DNA of 25,170 bases, taken from positions 1 to 25,170 of the IMG/VR virus record IMGVR_UViG_3300025381_000101; one strand, given 5' to 3'. The stretch is from a virus. Its lineage: Duplodnaviria; Caudoviricetes. The position numbers were made by a program, and so were the translations under genes. This document shows positions 9,291-17,725 of this stretch, in pieces (position 1 is the stretch's first letter; every line of letters starts with the position of its first letter). The notes under the pieces are model-generated. The model saw nothing but the letters and a program-made list of their open reading frames with translations, searched no databases and was not told the origin of the DNA.

Positions 9291-9536
9291 ATGATCATTA
9301 CATCAACTAAGCCAGTATTACTAAAAGTATATTATTATATACCAGATCATCCTAATCTATTACAGGAATTTAGTTGGGGATTTGAGGATCATATACCCGA
9401 ACTAGTGCGTACGCACAAATTTTTACGCAACTGGCACAGCAATATAGATGCAGTGATATCAGAAGTACTGATAAGTATAGCAGGAGGCTATTCCAAATCT
9501 TATAGATCTTTGGACATGATGCTCTCTCTGAATTGA
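9291..9536 (+). CDS. usg: Usg-family small protein
   Basis: YYIPDHPNLLQEFSW..ED..PEL.R.HKFL..W...ID..I..V matches the Usg pattern as I recall it (Y.LPDHP.LLQ...WQ..D..P..P.L..FL.FW...IEG.L.SV); AGGAG SD. Confidence 0.7.
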   Translation: MIITSTKPVLLKVYYYIPDHPNLLQEFSWGFEDHIPELVRTHKFLRNWHSNIDAVISEVLISIAGGYSKSYRSLDMMLSLN

Positions 9537-9543
9537 AATTAAA

Positions 9544-11139
9544 ATGGGAAAAAATACAACAGATTTTGAAAAATTAAAACCAGCTGGTTTAAAAGTGACA
9601 ATGAACCAGGAACAATTACAAGAGTTGATTAATTGTCATAAAGATCCATTATGGTTTATGGAACACTTTATGTATATACAACATCCCGTAAAAGGTAAAA
9701 TGCCATTTGAAGCCTATATATTCCAGCGTGAATTGGTGAGAACATATTGGCAAAATAGAAATACTATAGCAATGATTCCCAGACAAAGTGGGAAAACTAC
9801 AACTGCTGCAGGTTATCTACTGTGGTATGCTATGTACAATGACGATGTTACGGTGTTAATTGCTGCTAACAAATTCAAAGCAGCAAATGAAATTATGATG
9901 CGTATCAAATATGCTTATGAAGAAATGCCAAATCATATACGAGCAGGTGTGACAGAGTATAACGTTACAAGCATAAGATTTGACAACGGCTCACGAATTG
10001 TAGCAACAACGACTACTCCGGATAGCGGCCGAGGCATGTCTATCAGTTTACTGTATCTAGACGAATTTGCGTATGTTAGACCAAGAGTGGCTGTAGAGTT
10101 TTGGACTGCTATGGCACCTACGCTTGCTACAGGAGGCAAATGCATTATCACCTCCACCCCTGCAAGTGACGAAGACATGTTTGCAGAATTATGGTTTGGT
10201 GCTTCTAATACAATAGACGATGAGGGCAACGAAATACCAGATGGGCTAGGTGTTAACGGATTTAAAGGATTCTCTGCTCATTATAGCGACGTACCTGGTC
10301 GCGACGACGCCTGGGCAGATGTCGAAAGAGCTAAAATTGGTGAAGAACGTTTTCTGCGAGAATACGAATGTAAATTTGCAGGCGAAGAAAGCACCCTAAT
10401 AGGAGGTATTACTCTACAGAGATTACGTGGATCTGAACCCCTTTATAAGACTGGTGAAATTCGATGGTATGATAAAATTACGCCAGATCGAACATATCTA
10501 GTAAGTTTAGATCCCAGTCAAGGGGTAGGTAAAGATCCTGCTGCTATCGAGGTATGGAGTTTACCAGATATGAGTCAAGTGGCAGAATGGACCAGCAATA
10601 GAACCAGTATTCCTAATCAAGTAAGAATAATGCAGACTATTATCAATAAAATACACGAAGATTGTAAAAAGTCTGGTTATAAAGGTGAGCCCGATATATA
10701 TTTCACGTTTGAGAATAATACCATGGGCGAGGCTGCTCTTCAGACTATAAATGATATAGGTGAGGAGAACTTTATGGGACAGTTGTTGAATGAAACTCGG
10801 CGTACTGGTCTTGTTCGCTATCGCAAAGGTTTAAACACCAACGGTCGGAGCAAGGCCACTGCTTGTAGCAAATTAAAAAGCCTGGTTGAAAGTAATAGAC
10901 TTCAAATAAAAAGCAAAGTTTTGATCAAGCAGTTGAAGTTTTTTGTAGCCAGAGGCGACGGATTTGCCGCCAAACAAGGCGAGCACGATGACTGTGTGAT
11001 GAGTACAATCTTGTGCATACGTATGATGCAAATGGTTACAAATTGGGACGATAAAGTTGGGGAACTTATGAAAGATGTATTTGATAATGAAGAGGGCCAA
11101 TATCGAGATCCACTACCATTCTCGGTAATGATCAACTAA
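9544..11139 (+). CDS. gp17: Terminase large subunit (T4 gp17-like)
   Basis: Adenine-binding YIFQ, Walker A PRQSGKTT, Walker B LLYLDEFA, ITSTP, FLREYEC, RNase H-like nuclease SLDPSQG...HDDCV. No intein seen. Confidence 0.95.
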   Translation: MGKNTTDFEKLKPAGLKVTMNQEQLQELINCHKDPLWFMEHFMYIQHPVKGKMPFEAYIFQRELVRTYWQNRNTIAMIPRQSGKTTTAAGYLLWYAMYNDDVTVLIAANKFKAANEIMMRIKYAYEEMPNHIRAGVTEYNVTSIRFDNGSRIVATTTTPDSGRGMSISLLYLDEFAYVRPRVAVEFWTAMAPTLATGGKCIITSTPASDEDMFAELWFGASNTIDDEGNEIPDGLGVNGFKGFSAHYSDVPGRDDAWADVERAKIGEERFLREYECKFAGEESTLIGGITLQRLRGSEPLYKTGEIRWYDKITPDRTYLVSLDPSQGVGKDPAAIEVWSLPDMSQVAEWTSNRTSIPNQVRIMQTIINKIHEDCKKSGYKGEPDIYFTFENNTMGEAALQTINDIGEENFMGQLLNETRRTGLVRYRKGLNTNGRSKATACSKLKSLVESNRLQIKSKVLIKQLKFFVARGDGFAAKQGEHDDCVMSTILCIRMMQMVTNWDDKVGELMKDVFDNEEGQYRDPLPFSVMIN

Positions 11140-11166
11140 ATACGTCATCTACACGCGGAGTTTAGA

Positions 11167-12861
11167 ATGAGCTATAACTGGTCAATTGTTACTGATAAGC
11201 TTTATGGGATTATTAAAGGATCTTGTAAGGCTCTTACCATGTACGATGCTGCAGGAAATGAAACTATAGATCCAGACAAGGCTACACGGTTCTTTGCAAC
11301 TATTGAAAGTTCAAATCCAAAATTAGATGACTTTACAATATTGGTAGCGTTACATGATCAAGGACAGAACAGTTACATCAACATAAAAACTCCAGAATTA
11401 ACAGATGATGTAGACTTTAAAAAAATACACCAAATTAGAAATCACATACGTACTGCTGTTGGTCAGCGAGAAGGCATCAAAATAGTATGGCAAGTATTTG
11501 ATCAAGAAATAGATCCAAGGGAGGAAGCTGTGCATAATATTAAGGAAAGCAAGGACGTTAGCAAGTGGTTTGGAACCACAAAAAGCTCCTTCCAACGAAT
11601 AGGAGAAGCTAAACTTATCATACGACATAATGATATTGTAAACGAAGATTCTCCGGGTGCAAGAACACGTCATATCCGTGCATTGTTTGTTGAAAACAAA
11701 ACAGGTGAACGGTTTGCCTATCCTCACCTACACATGAGCGGCGCAAGAGCATTTGCACGTCATATCAGTAATGGTGGTACCAATCACGATACAATTGCCG
11801 AAGGTATTATGAATTTAAGCGGCGACTATATCAGCCTACGTAGGGCAGCACATGTCATGCGTCAAAATCAAGTAGTAACAGAATGGATAGTAACTGTTAG
11901 AGAAAATATGACAGATATCAATCGTCGGTTAAAGAGCTTACATGGTCCAAAAGGATATTCTAAGGCAGAGTCTATACTATCAACACAGGCTATTATACTT
12001 GATGAAACAGCAACTAGCAGCATGTGGCAAACTTTAGCAGAAGAATGCGCTTGTGGCCAAGATGAACCCTTTTATGGTGATCTAGGAGTTGCAGCAAAAT
12101 ATTTGGGTGGTGCGAATAATAAAACTACCCCTATTTCCTTCTCTTGGAATCGTAAACCAAACATAAGTGGAGTACCGGACGACCGAGAGGTATTAGAACG
12201 TCTACACTGGCAACTTAGTGAATTAGCAGATGCATGCGCCGATCAACACGCTGCTGCTAGGCTATCAGAAATTGCCAAAATGGTTTCTAACAATGTACAG
12301 CCAACTCAAGAAGATATTGAATTGGTTAGAGAGGCTATTGCTAGCAGTATGACTCAAACAGAAGAATCAATACTTCCAGAGGAAGCTGAACTAGAAAGTT
12401 TCCTAAATGAGTTTGCACCAGATGTAATATTTGCCGAAAATGATACTTACGGTGTTGCTCAAAAAGAGCGGGAACGCGACGACGAAATTGCTTATAATAA
12501 AGAACAGCGAACAAAACGTTGGAATTTTGGGGAACCATTAGCAGATGATACAGCAGCTGACAGCGACTTAGAAGAAGATTCGTCTATAAAATACTTACCG
12601 GGTATTCAAGGAGAAGTATACGACCAAATAGGAGATTATTATCTATTATTGGACCAAGTACGATATGACAAACGTACTGTTAAGAACGAATGGCATGTAT
12701 ACAAACATGAGGGTGATAAATTTAAAGAAATTGAATGGTTAGATATATCGCCATATGCACGTCCCAAGGAAGCTGTAGAACTTTTCCATAAGAAATATAC
12801 CGATGCAGTATCAGCTGATAATTCTATGCTTGAACGAATTAAAAATCTAGCAGGATTGTAA
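11167..12861 (+). CDS. Large hypothetical protein (564 aa)
   Basis: GGAG SD; TAAATA at 11137 overlapping the TerL stop; globular-looking core (GARTRHIRALFVEN..GERF, GARAFARHISNGG) and acidic C-terminal half. Confidence 0.8.
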   Translation: MSYNWSIVTDKLYGIIKGSCKALTMYDAAGNETIDPDKATRFFATIESSNPKLDDFTILVALHDQGQNSYINIKTPELTDDVDFKKIHQIRNHIRTAVGQREGIKIVWQVFDQEIDPREEAVHNIKESKDVSKWFGTTKSSFQRIGEAKLIIRHNDIVNEDSPGARTRHIRALFVENKTGERFAYPHLHMSGARAFARHISNGGTNHDTIAEGIMNLSGDYISLRRAAHVMRQNQVVTEWIVTVRENMTDINRRLKSLHGPKGYSKAESILSTQAIILDETATSSMWQTLAEECACGQDEPFYGDLGVAAKYLGGANNKTTPISFSWNRKPNISGVPDDREVLERLHWQLSELADACADQHAAARLSEIAKMVSNNVQPTQEDIELVREAIASSMTQTEESILPEEAELESFLNEFAPDVIFAENDTYGVAQKERERDDEIAYNKEQRTKRWNFGEPLADDTAADSDLEEDSSIKYLPGIQGEVYDQIGDYYLLLDQVRYDKRTVKNEWHVYKHEGDKFKEIEWLDISPYARPKEAVELFHKKYTDAVSADNSMLERIKNLAGL

Positions 12862-12887
12862 AAAATGGGCCGTAGGGCCCATTTTTT
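12860..12887. terminator. Rho-independent terminator, probably bidirectional
   Basis: AAAAAATGGGCC-GTAG-GGCCCATTTTTT. Confidence 0.9.
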
Positions 12888-12903
12888 ATTTCCATATTTA
12901 AAT

Positions 12904-12932
12904 TTGCATTACTCATTTAGTATAAATAGTAT
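12904..12932 (+). promoter_or_regulatory. Overlapping sigma70-like promoter (TTGCAT-N17-TAGTAT) and perfect T4 late consensus TATAAATA (12921-12928) for the SSB gene
   Basis: Both motifs read directly from the sequence, between the terminator and gp32. Confidence 0.6.
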
Positions 12933-12982
12933 TGTTAGCAAGGGACGAAGGAGTTTTCCTCGCTATCTTAGACCATTAATTT

Positions 12983-13006
12983 AGGCACACAAAGGAGGCA
13001 CACAAA
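12983..13006 (+). repeat. Direct repeat AGGCACACAAA x2 spanning the gp32 RBS
   Basis: Copies at 12983-12993 and 12996-13006; the second ends immediately before the ATG; the junction forms AGGAGG. Confidence 0.8.
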
Positions 13007-14053
13007 ATGGCACTAACTTTAAAAGAAATACAAGCTAAATTATTAGCTCAACAAGCTAATAAAGACCGCGCTAAAAATGGCAGCGGATTTGGTGGCGACA
13101 ACGCCATTTACCCATTCTGGAATAATCCCGAAGGCTCGAGTACTACACTTCGATTTTTACCAGACGGTGACGAAACTAACGATTTTTTCTGGCTTGAACG
13201 ACTTATTATCAAACTTCCGTTCCCCGGAGTCAAAGGCGATTCAGCAGGCAGATCGGTTGAAGTACAAGTTCCTTGTACAGATATGTGGAAAGCCAACTCT
13301 TGCCCTATTACAGCTGAAATCCGACCTTGGTGGAAAGATAAGAGTTTGGAAGATATGGCACGCAAGTACTACCGTAAAAAGAGCTATTTGTTCCAAGGTT
13401 TTGTTACTTCAAATCCTAATAAGGATGATCAAGAACCAGCAAATCCAATCCGTCGATTTATCATCAATCCATCAGTGTTTGATATTGTTAAGTCGATTCT
13501 TATGGATCAGGATCTTGAGAATAGTCCCACTGATTATGACCACGGGCGCGATTTTTATCTCCTCAAAACTACCAAAGGTGGTTACGCAAACTATGCAAGT
13601 AGTAAATGGGCTATGAAAGAACGTCCACTAAGTGAGGATGAAAACAATGCTGTTAATCAACACGGTCTTTGGAATCTCAGCAGCTTCTTGCCAAAAAAAC
13701 CAGATGAAGCACACCTAAATGCTATTATGGAAATGTTTCAGGCATCAGTTAATGAAGAGTTATATGATGTTGATAAATGGGGCCAATTTTATCGGCCAAA
13801 TGGCATGCGAGCAGATACTAATTCAACCGATACTGATGCCCAAACATCTTCAACATCTCGGCCAGCTGTAATGCCATCATCTATAACAGCATCAAGTATA
13901 CTAAACAGGCTTCCTGCCAAACCTGCTGTAAGTGAAGAAACTTCGCCACCATGGGAAGATTCAGCAGCTTCAACTAGTGTAACTGACAAGCCTAAGACAC
14001 AAACTCCGGATGATATTATCGCAGCTATCCGTAGGCGTCAACAACAAAAGTGA
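13007..14053 (+). CDS. gp32: Single-stranded DNA-binding protein (T4 gp32-like)
   Basis: LRFLPDGD, C......CPI, RKKSY, PTDYDHGRDF...K..KGGYANY..SKW, low-complexity C-terminal tail. Confidence 0.88.
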   Translation: MALTLKEIQAKLLAQQANKDRAKNGSGFGGDNAIYPFWNNPEGSSTTLRFLPDGDETNDFFWLERLIIKLPFPGVKGDSAGRSVEVQVPCTDMWKANSCPITAEIRPWWKDKSLEDMARKYYRKKSYLFQGFVTSNPNKDDQEPANPIRRFIINPSVFDIVKSILMDQDLENSPTDYDHGRDFYLLKTTKGGYANYASSKWAMKERPLSEDENNAVNQHGLWNLSSFLPKKPDEAHLNAIMEMFQASVNEELYDVDKWGQFYRPNGMRADTNSTDTDAQTSSTSRPAVMPSSITASSILNRLPAKPAVSEETSPPWEDSAASTSVTDKPKTQTPDDIIAAIRRRQQQK

Positions 14054-14057
14054 TAAG

Positions 14058-14091
14058 TTGGGGAGGACTTAAATCCTCCCTAATTCTTTTT
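14058..14091 (+). terminator. Hairpin/terminator after gp32
   Basis: TTGGGGAGGA-CTTAAA-TCCTCCCTAA followed by TTCTTTTT. Confidence 0.65.
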
Positions 14092-14139
14092 AGGTAGATC
14101 ATTTCTACTGATAGCATTCTATTGACAGGAGAATAAAAA

Positions 14140-15090
14140 ATGAAACCATTTGATCTAAGTAAGTTTCGACGAGACCTAACAAAAAGTATTCCAGGTATTT
14201 CTTTAGGTTTCCATGATCCAAAGCATTGGATTGACGCTGGAAATTTTGCACTGAACTATGGTATTTCTGGAGATTTTAAACGAGGGATTCCGCTAGGTAA
14301 AGTAACTATGTTTGCAGGACAAAGTGGCAGTGGTAAGAGCTACATTTGTTCGGGAAATCTAGTAAGAAACGCACAAAAACAAGGAATCTTCGTTGTATTA
14401 ATTGATACTGAAAATGCATTAGATGAGAACTGGCTAAAGCCGCTAGGTGTAGATACCAGCGAAGAAAAATTGCTCAAAGTTAATATGGCTATGATCGACG
14501 ATGTAGCCCGTCTTATGAGCGACTTCATGAAAGATTATAAATCTAGATTTGATAATGTTGCAGAAACAGACCGGCCAAAAATTCTATTTGTTTTAGACAG
14601 CCTTGGTATGTTATTGACACCAACAGACGTTAATCAATTTGAAGCAGGCGAACTTAAAGGTGATATGGGTCGCAAGCCAAAAGCTTTAGCTGCTTTGGTA
14701 CGAAACTGTGTAAACATGTTTGGTGAATACGACGTAGGTATGGTTGTAACTAACCATAGTTACGCTAGCCAAGATATGTTTGATCCAGATGATAAGATCT
14801 CTGGTGGTTGTTTAACAGCCGGCCACAAAATCTGGATGGCAGATGGTTCATATAAAAATATTGAAGATATTCAGAAAGGCGATGTTGTTGTTACATTAGA
14901 TGGTGATATTGATGTTTCGGAAACTTTTACATTTGATGACAAAGAAGTAATCGAAATTGAATTGGAAACTGGTGAAATAATTCAGGCCACTAACGAACAT
15001 AAGTTTTTAACGCAACAGTCCGATAATCAATTGGTATGGAAAACTGTAGCAGAATTGTCTGAAAATGATGAAATATTACAAGTTGTTTAA
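14140..15090 (+). CDS. uvsX: UvsX/RecA-like recombinase N-terminal fragment (223 aa) fused to the N-half of a split intein (93 aa)
   Basis: Walker A GQSGSGKS, IDTENALD, Walker B VLDSLG, GDMGRK, VTNHSY, then ISGG|CLTAGHKIWMADG (intein block A) and ATNEHKFL (block B); the ORF stops with no block F/G. Confidence 0.93.
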   Translation: MKPFDLSKFRRDLTKSIPGISLGFHDPKHWIDAGNFALNYGISGDFKRGIPLGKVTMFAGQSGSGKSYICSGNLVRNAQKQGIFVVLIDTENALDENWLKPLGVDTSEEKLLKVNMAMIDDVARLMSDFMKDYKSRFDNVAETDRPKILFVLDSLGMLLTPTDVNQFEAGELKGDMGRKPKALAALVRNCVNMFGEYDVGMVVTNHSYASQDMFDPDDKISGGCLTAGHKIWMADGSYKNIEDIQKGDVVVTLDGDIDVSETFTFDDKEVIEIELETGEIIQATNEHKFLTQQSDNQLVWKTVAELSENDEILQVV

Positions 15091-15099
15091 CTAATAATC

Positions 15100-15151
15100 C
15101 TTGCCCTCCAGTAATTTGCTAAATACCCTACACAAATTACTGGAGGGCAAG
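15100..15151 (+). promoter_or_regulatory. Perfect 19-bp hairpin sequestering the endonuclease SD, with TAAATA in the loop
   Basis: CTTGCCCTCCAGTAATTTG (15100-15118) pairs with CAAATTACTGGAGGGCAAG (15133-15151); GGAGG at 15142-15146; TAAATA at 15120-15125; ATG at 15156. Confidence 0.88.
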
Positions 15152-15155
15152 CCAC

Positions 15156-16151
15156 ATGAAACCATGTGTTGAATGCGGAAAAATGATAAGAAAAAAAGAT
15201 AGTATAATGACTATACAATATGTATGTTCATCATTGTGCAAAACCAACAGAAAGTTAAAACAGCCTAAAAAAATTAGTCAAACTTCAGCTGAATATTGGC
15301 TCAAAAAAGGATTGTCATTGCAAGAATCACAAGAAAAAATATCCCAACTTCAGAAATCACGGAGTCCGCGTAGCGTTGATTATTGGATAAAGAAGGGATA
15401 CACTATGGAAAATGCTATAAAGCAAGTTTCCATAATGCAACGTGCTAATAGCCAACTGAGATTAGAAAAATATGATACGGCTGAAAGAAAACGTAGGTCT
15501 CCATTTTGCAAAGAATATTGGATGGAACAAGGAATAAGTGAGGAAGAGGCTAAATCATACATTATGCAACGTTCTGATAATATGTCTTTGCAATATTTTA
15601 TATCAAAATTTGGAGAAACTGCGGGAACTTTGAAATATAATGCTCTATGCGAATCGAGAAAAATAAATTATACACTAGATGGGTATATTAACAATCACGG
15701 AGACGAAGCAGGACGAAAGTTATGGTCTAAAAAATTTAAAAATAGACATAATTCTAAAAAGGCAAATAACTTTTTTCTAGAATTAAGCAATATATTTACT
15801 GGCTGCAAAATTTATAGTGCCTGCAATGAAAATGGTGAATATGGAATTTTAGATTCAAATTTCAATTGTTATTATTTTTTCGATTTTGTTGTCCCGGAAT
15901 ATAATCTTTGTGTTGAATTTTATGGAGATTATTGGCATTGTAATCCAAAGAAATATAATTCTGAATACTTACATAAACAAACAAATTTAACTGCACAAGA
16001 AATATGGGACAGAGATAAAAACAAGCAACAGTGTATGTTGAATACCAGAGGGTATCATACTATAGTAGTTTGGGAATCAGATAACATGCTAGAATCAATT
16101 AAAATGATAAAGGAGTATATCAAAAATGTCGCTACAAAAAATCAAAATTAA
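15156..16151 (+). CDS. Free-standing putative homing endonuclease with Vsr-like/DUF559-like catalytic domain, N-terminal Cys motif and repeats
   Basis: CVEC...CSSLC; repeated (E/D)YW..xG units; C-terminal FFDF...LCVEFYGDYWHCNP...WDRD..K...GY..IVVWESD. Confidence 0.85.
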   Translation: MKPCVECGKMIRKKDSIMTIQYVCSSLCKTNRKLKQPKKISQTSAEYWLKKGLSLQESQEKISQLQKSRSPRSVDYWIKKGYTMENAIKQVSIMQRANSQLRLEKYDTAERKRRSPFCKEYWMEQGISEEEAKSYIMQRSDNMSLQYFISKFGETAGTLKYNALCESRKINYTLDGYINNHGDEAGRKLWSKKFKNRHNSKKANNFFLELSNIFTGCKIYSACNENGEYGILDSNFNCYYFFDFVVPEYNLCVEFYGDYWHCNPKKYNSEYLHKQTNLTAQEIWDRDKNKQQCMLNTRGYHTIVVWESDNMLESIKMIKEYIKNVATKNQN

Positions 16152-16650
16152 AAGTAAAAAAAATATAGGTATCAAAAAAGTATATGATATATCAGTGCCT
16201 GTTGCGCATCATTATCTATTAGATAGCGGCGTAGTCAGTCATAACTCAGGTTTCATTTATGCTTCATCTATCGTAGTTGCCATGCAGAAGCGCAAGCTTA
16301 AGGAAGATGCAGATGGCAAGAAAGTAACTGATGTTCGTGGTATTCGAGCTGCTTGCAAAATTATGAAAACTCGTTATAATAAGCCATTTGAAAGCCTTGA
16401 AATTAAGATTCCTTGGGAAACAGGGATGGACCCATATAGTGGGTTGATCGACCTTTTTGAAAAGAAAGGTGTCTTAATTAAAGATGGTAACAAAATGAAA
16501 TATATTGACGTGCTTGGAAAAGAACATAAGTATTTCCGTTCAGCTATTCCAAATAGTCTGCTTGATACTATTATGGAAGAATGGGATGAAACAAAAATAG
16601 CTCCGGTGCAAGAAGAAACTGGAGATCTAACCGACGAGTCAGGAGAATAA
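16126..16650 (+). CDS. uvsX: Split intein C-half (40 aa) fused to the UvsX C-terminal fragment (134 aa)
   Basis: MSLQKIKIKSKKNIGIKKVYDISVPVAHHYLLDSGVVSHN|SGFIYASS...KTRYNKPF...GMDPYSGL; own AAGGAG SD inside the HEG. Confidence 0.93.
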   Translation: MSLQKIKIKSKKNIGIKKVYDISVPVAHHYLLDSGVVSHNSGFIYASSIVVAMQKRKLKEDADGKKVTDVRGIRAACKIMKTRYNKPFESLEIKIPWETGMDPYSGLIDLFEKKGVLIKDGNKMKYIDVLGKEHKYFRSAIPNSLLDTIMEEWDETKIAPVQEETGDLTDESGE

Positions 16651-16651
16651 T

Positions 16652-16891
16652 ATGGAAATAACTGAAAGTACTATTTTAGAAATTTGGGAACATTTTTCAG
16701 ATTACATCCCACCGGGTAAGAAAAACGATGCTGCTGCAAAGTTTTTACGAATTGTTATTGAGCATGGGGTTGATCTAGATGATTTAGAAGATCTTAGAGA
16801 AGAAGACGAAAATATAGATAATGCGCTGGATGAATTAAAAACATCTGTCGATGAGGATTATATCGATGACACTGATTACGAAGAAGAATAA
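16652..16891 (+). CDS. Small acidic hypothetical protein (79 aa)
   Basis: AGGAG SD, 1 nt after the uvsX-C stop; very D/E-rich C-terminus. Confidence 0.75.
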   Translation: MEITESTILEIWEHFSDYIPPGKKNDAAAKFLRIVIEHGVDLDDLEDLREEDENIDNALDELKTSVDEDYIDDTDYEEE

Positions 16892-16960
16892 ATTCAGTAA
16901 TAGATTGAACAAATCTCCAACTACTACGCAACATGCTAATGCTTTAAATATCAACAATAA

Positions 16961-16997
16961 ATTAGATAGTGTGTCAGCTGGTGACACACTATCTAAT
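16961..16997. repeat. Perfect 16-bp inverted repeat with 5-nt spacer
   Basis: ATTAGATAGTGTGTCA-GCTGG-TGACACACTATCTAAT. Confidence 0.9.
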
Positions 16998-17155
16998 ACT
17001 ACACACAATTTTGAAAAATTAAACACAACTATCGATCCACCAGCCGAAACAACTTTATCTAATATATTTTGTTTATTGAATAGAATAGAACGCGCTAGAT
17101 ATCTTAATAGCTTTGACGATGCAGTTTGGTTGCAGATAGATCTGCAAGAACAAAT

Positions 17156-17190
17156 ACTCTTAACTCTTAACTCTTAACTCTTAACTCTTA
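17156..17190. repeat. Tandem heptamer (ACTCTTA)x5
   Basis: Five exact consecutive copies starting at 17156, 17163, 17170, 17177 and 17184. Confidence 0.95.
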
Positions 17191-17246
17191 AAGATATAGA
17201 TATGAAACTTTCACAGATACAAACTAAGAATATGAACTGAGGAATT

Positions 17247-17714
17247 ATGTGGTATAACCGGGTAGTTGAAAACCTTTCTGAGATTCCGTTGGCAATTGAC
17301 TATTATAATAACGAATTAGAGCTGTCAAAAAACGAAACAAAAATTTTTGGTAATTTAGAAAAAAACTCGCAAGAATTGTCCGGAATAACCTCATATCGAT
17401 TTGGTCAACTGCAGGAGATTGAAGCAATACTTAAACATGTTAATATCAAATATGACAAAATGAGAAGTGACCACTATCGACGATATTTGGAAAGATATCA
17501 ACGCGACCTAACAGATCGCAGTATAGAAAAATATATAGATGGCGAAGAAGATATCGTAAATATGTGTATGATAATTAACGAGGTTAGTTTGATCCGAAAC
17601 AAATACCTTGGATTGATGAAAGGTTTAGATATCAAAGCTTGGCAAATTGGACATATAGTAAAATTGCGAGTAGTTGGTATGGAAGACGTAAACCTTGGCA
17701 CCAAGGGAGGGTAG
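17247..17714 (+). CDS. uvsY: Recombination mediator (UvsY-like)
   Basis: Helical 155-aa protein with IEKYIDGEEDI and KGLDIKAWQIGHIVKLR; lies between uvsX and uvsW; GAGGA SD. Confidence 0.75.
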   Translation: MWYNRVVENLSEIPLAIDYYNNELELSKNETKIFGNLEKNSQELSGITSYRFGQLQEIEAILKHVNIKYDKMRSDHYRRYLERYQRDLTDRSIEKYIDGEEDIVNMCMIINEVSLIRNKYLGLMKGLDIKAWQIGHIVKLRVVGMEDVNLGTKGG

Positions 17715-17725
17715 CTTTTTATATA

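Larger units (their letters stand above)
14809..16245 (+). mobile_element. Split-intein plus free-standing homing endonuclease cassette in uvsX (IntN 14809-15087; HEG 15156-16151; IntC 16126-16245)
   Basis: Cys1 codon at 14809; terminal His-Asn at 16240-16245 followed by Ser+1. Removing the cassette gives the continuous UvsX motif ISGG-SGFIYASS. Confidence 0.9.

Noticed and set aside
9544-11139. Intein in the terminase large subunit, a common intein host
   Set aside because: ATPase and nuclease motifs are continuous at normal length, with no intein blocks.
15091-16125. Group I or II intron rejoining the halves at RNA level (also considered for 18746-19656)
   Set aside because: The non-coding spacers are only about 50-65 nt, too short for a ribozyme core, and the nuclease ORFs overlap the downstream exteins' start codons.
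14809-16245. Single contiguous intein broken by sequencing errors
   Set aside because: IntN ends in a clean stop followed by a regulatory hairpin, the endonuclease is in another frame with its own SD, and IntC has its own SD and ATG plus complementary charge.
16851-17177. 108-aa ORF on + (and the 63-aa antisense ORF 16835-17026)
   Set aside because: It overlaps the upstream gene by 41 nt, has no clear SD or motif, and runs through a perfect palindrome into a microsatellite. Treated as probably non-coding, though not excluded.
17156-17190. CRISPR or mini-array
   Set aside because: Contiguous 7-nt units with no spacers, and no cas genes in the window.
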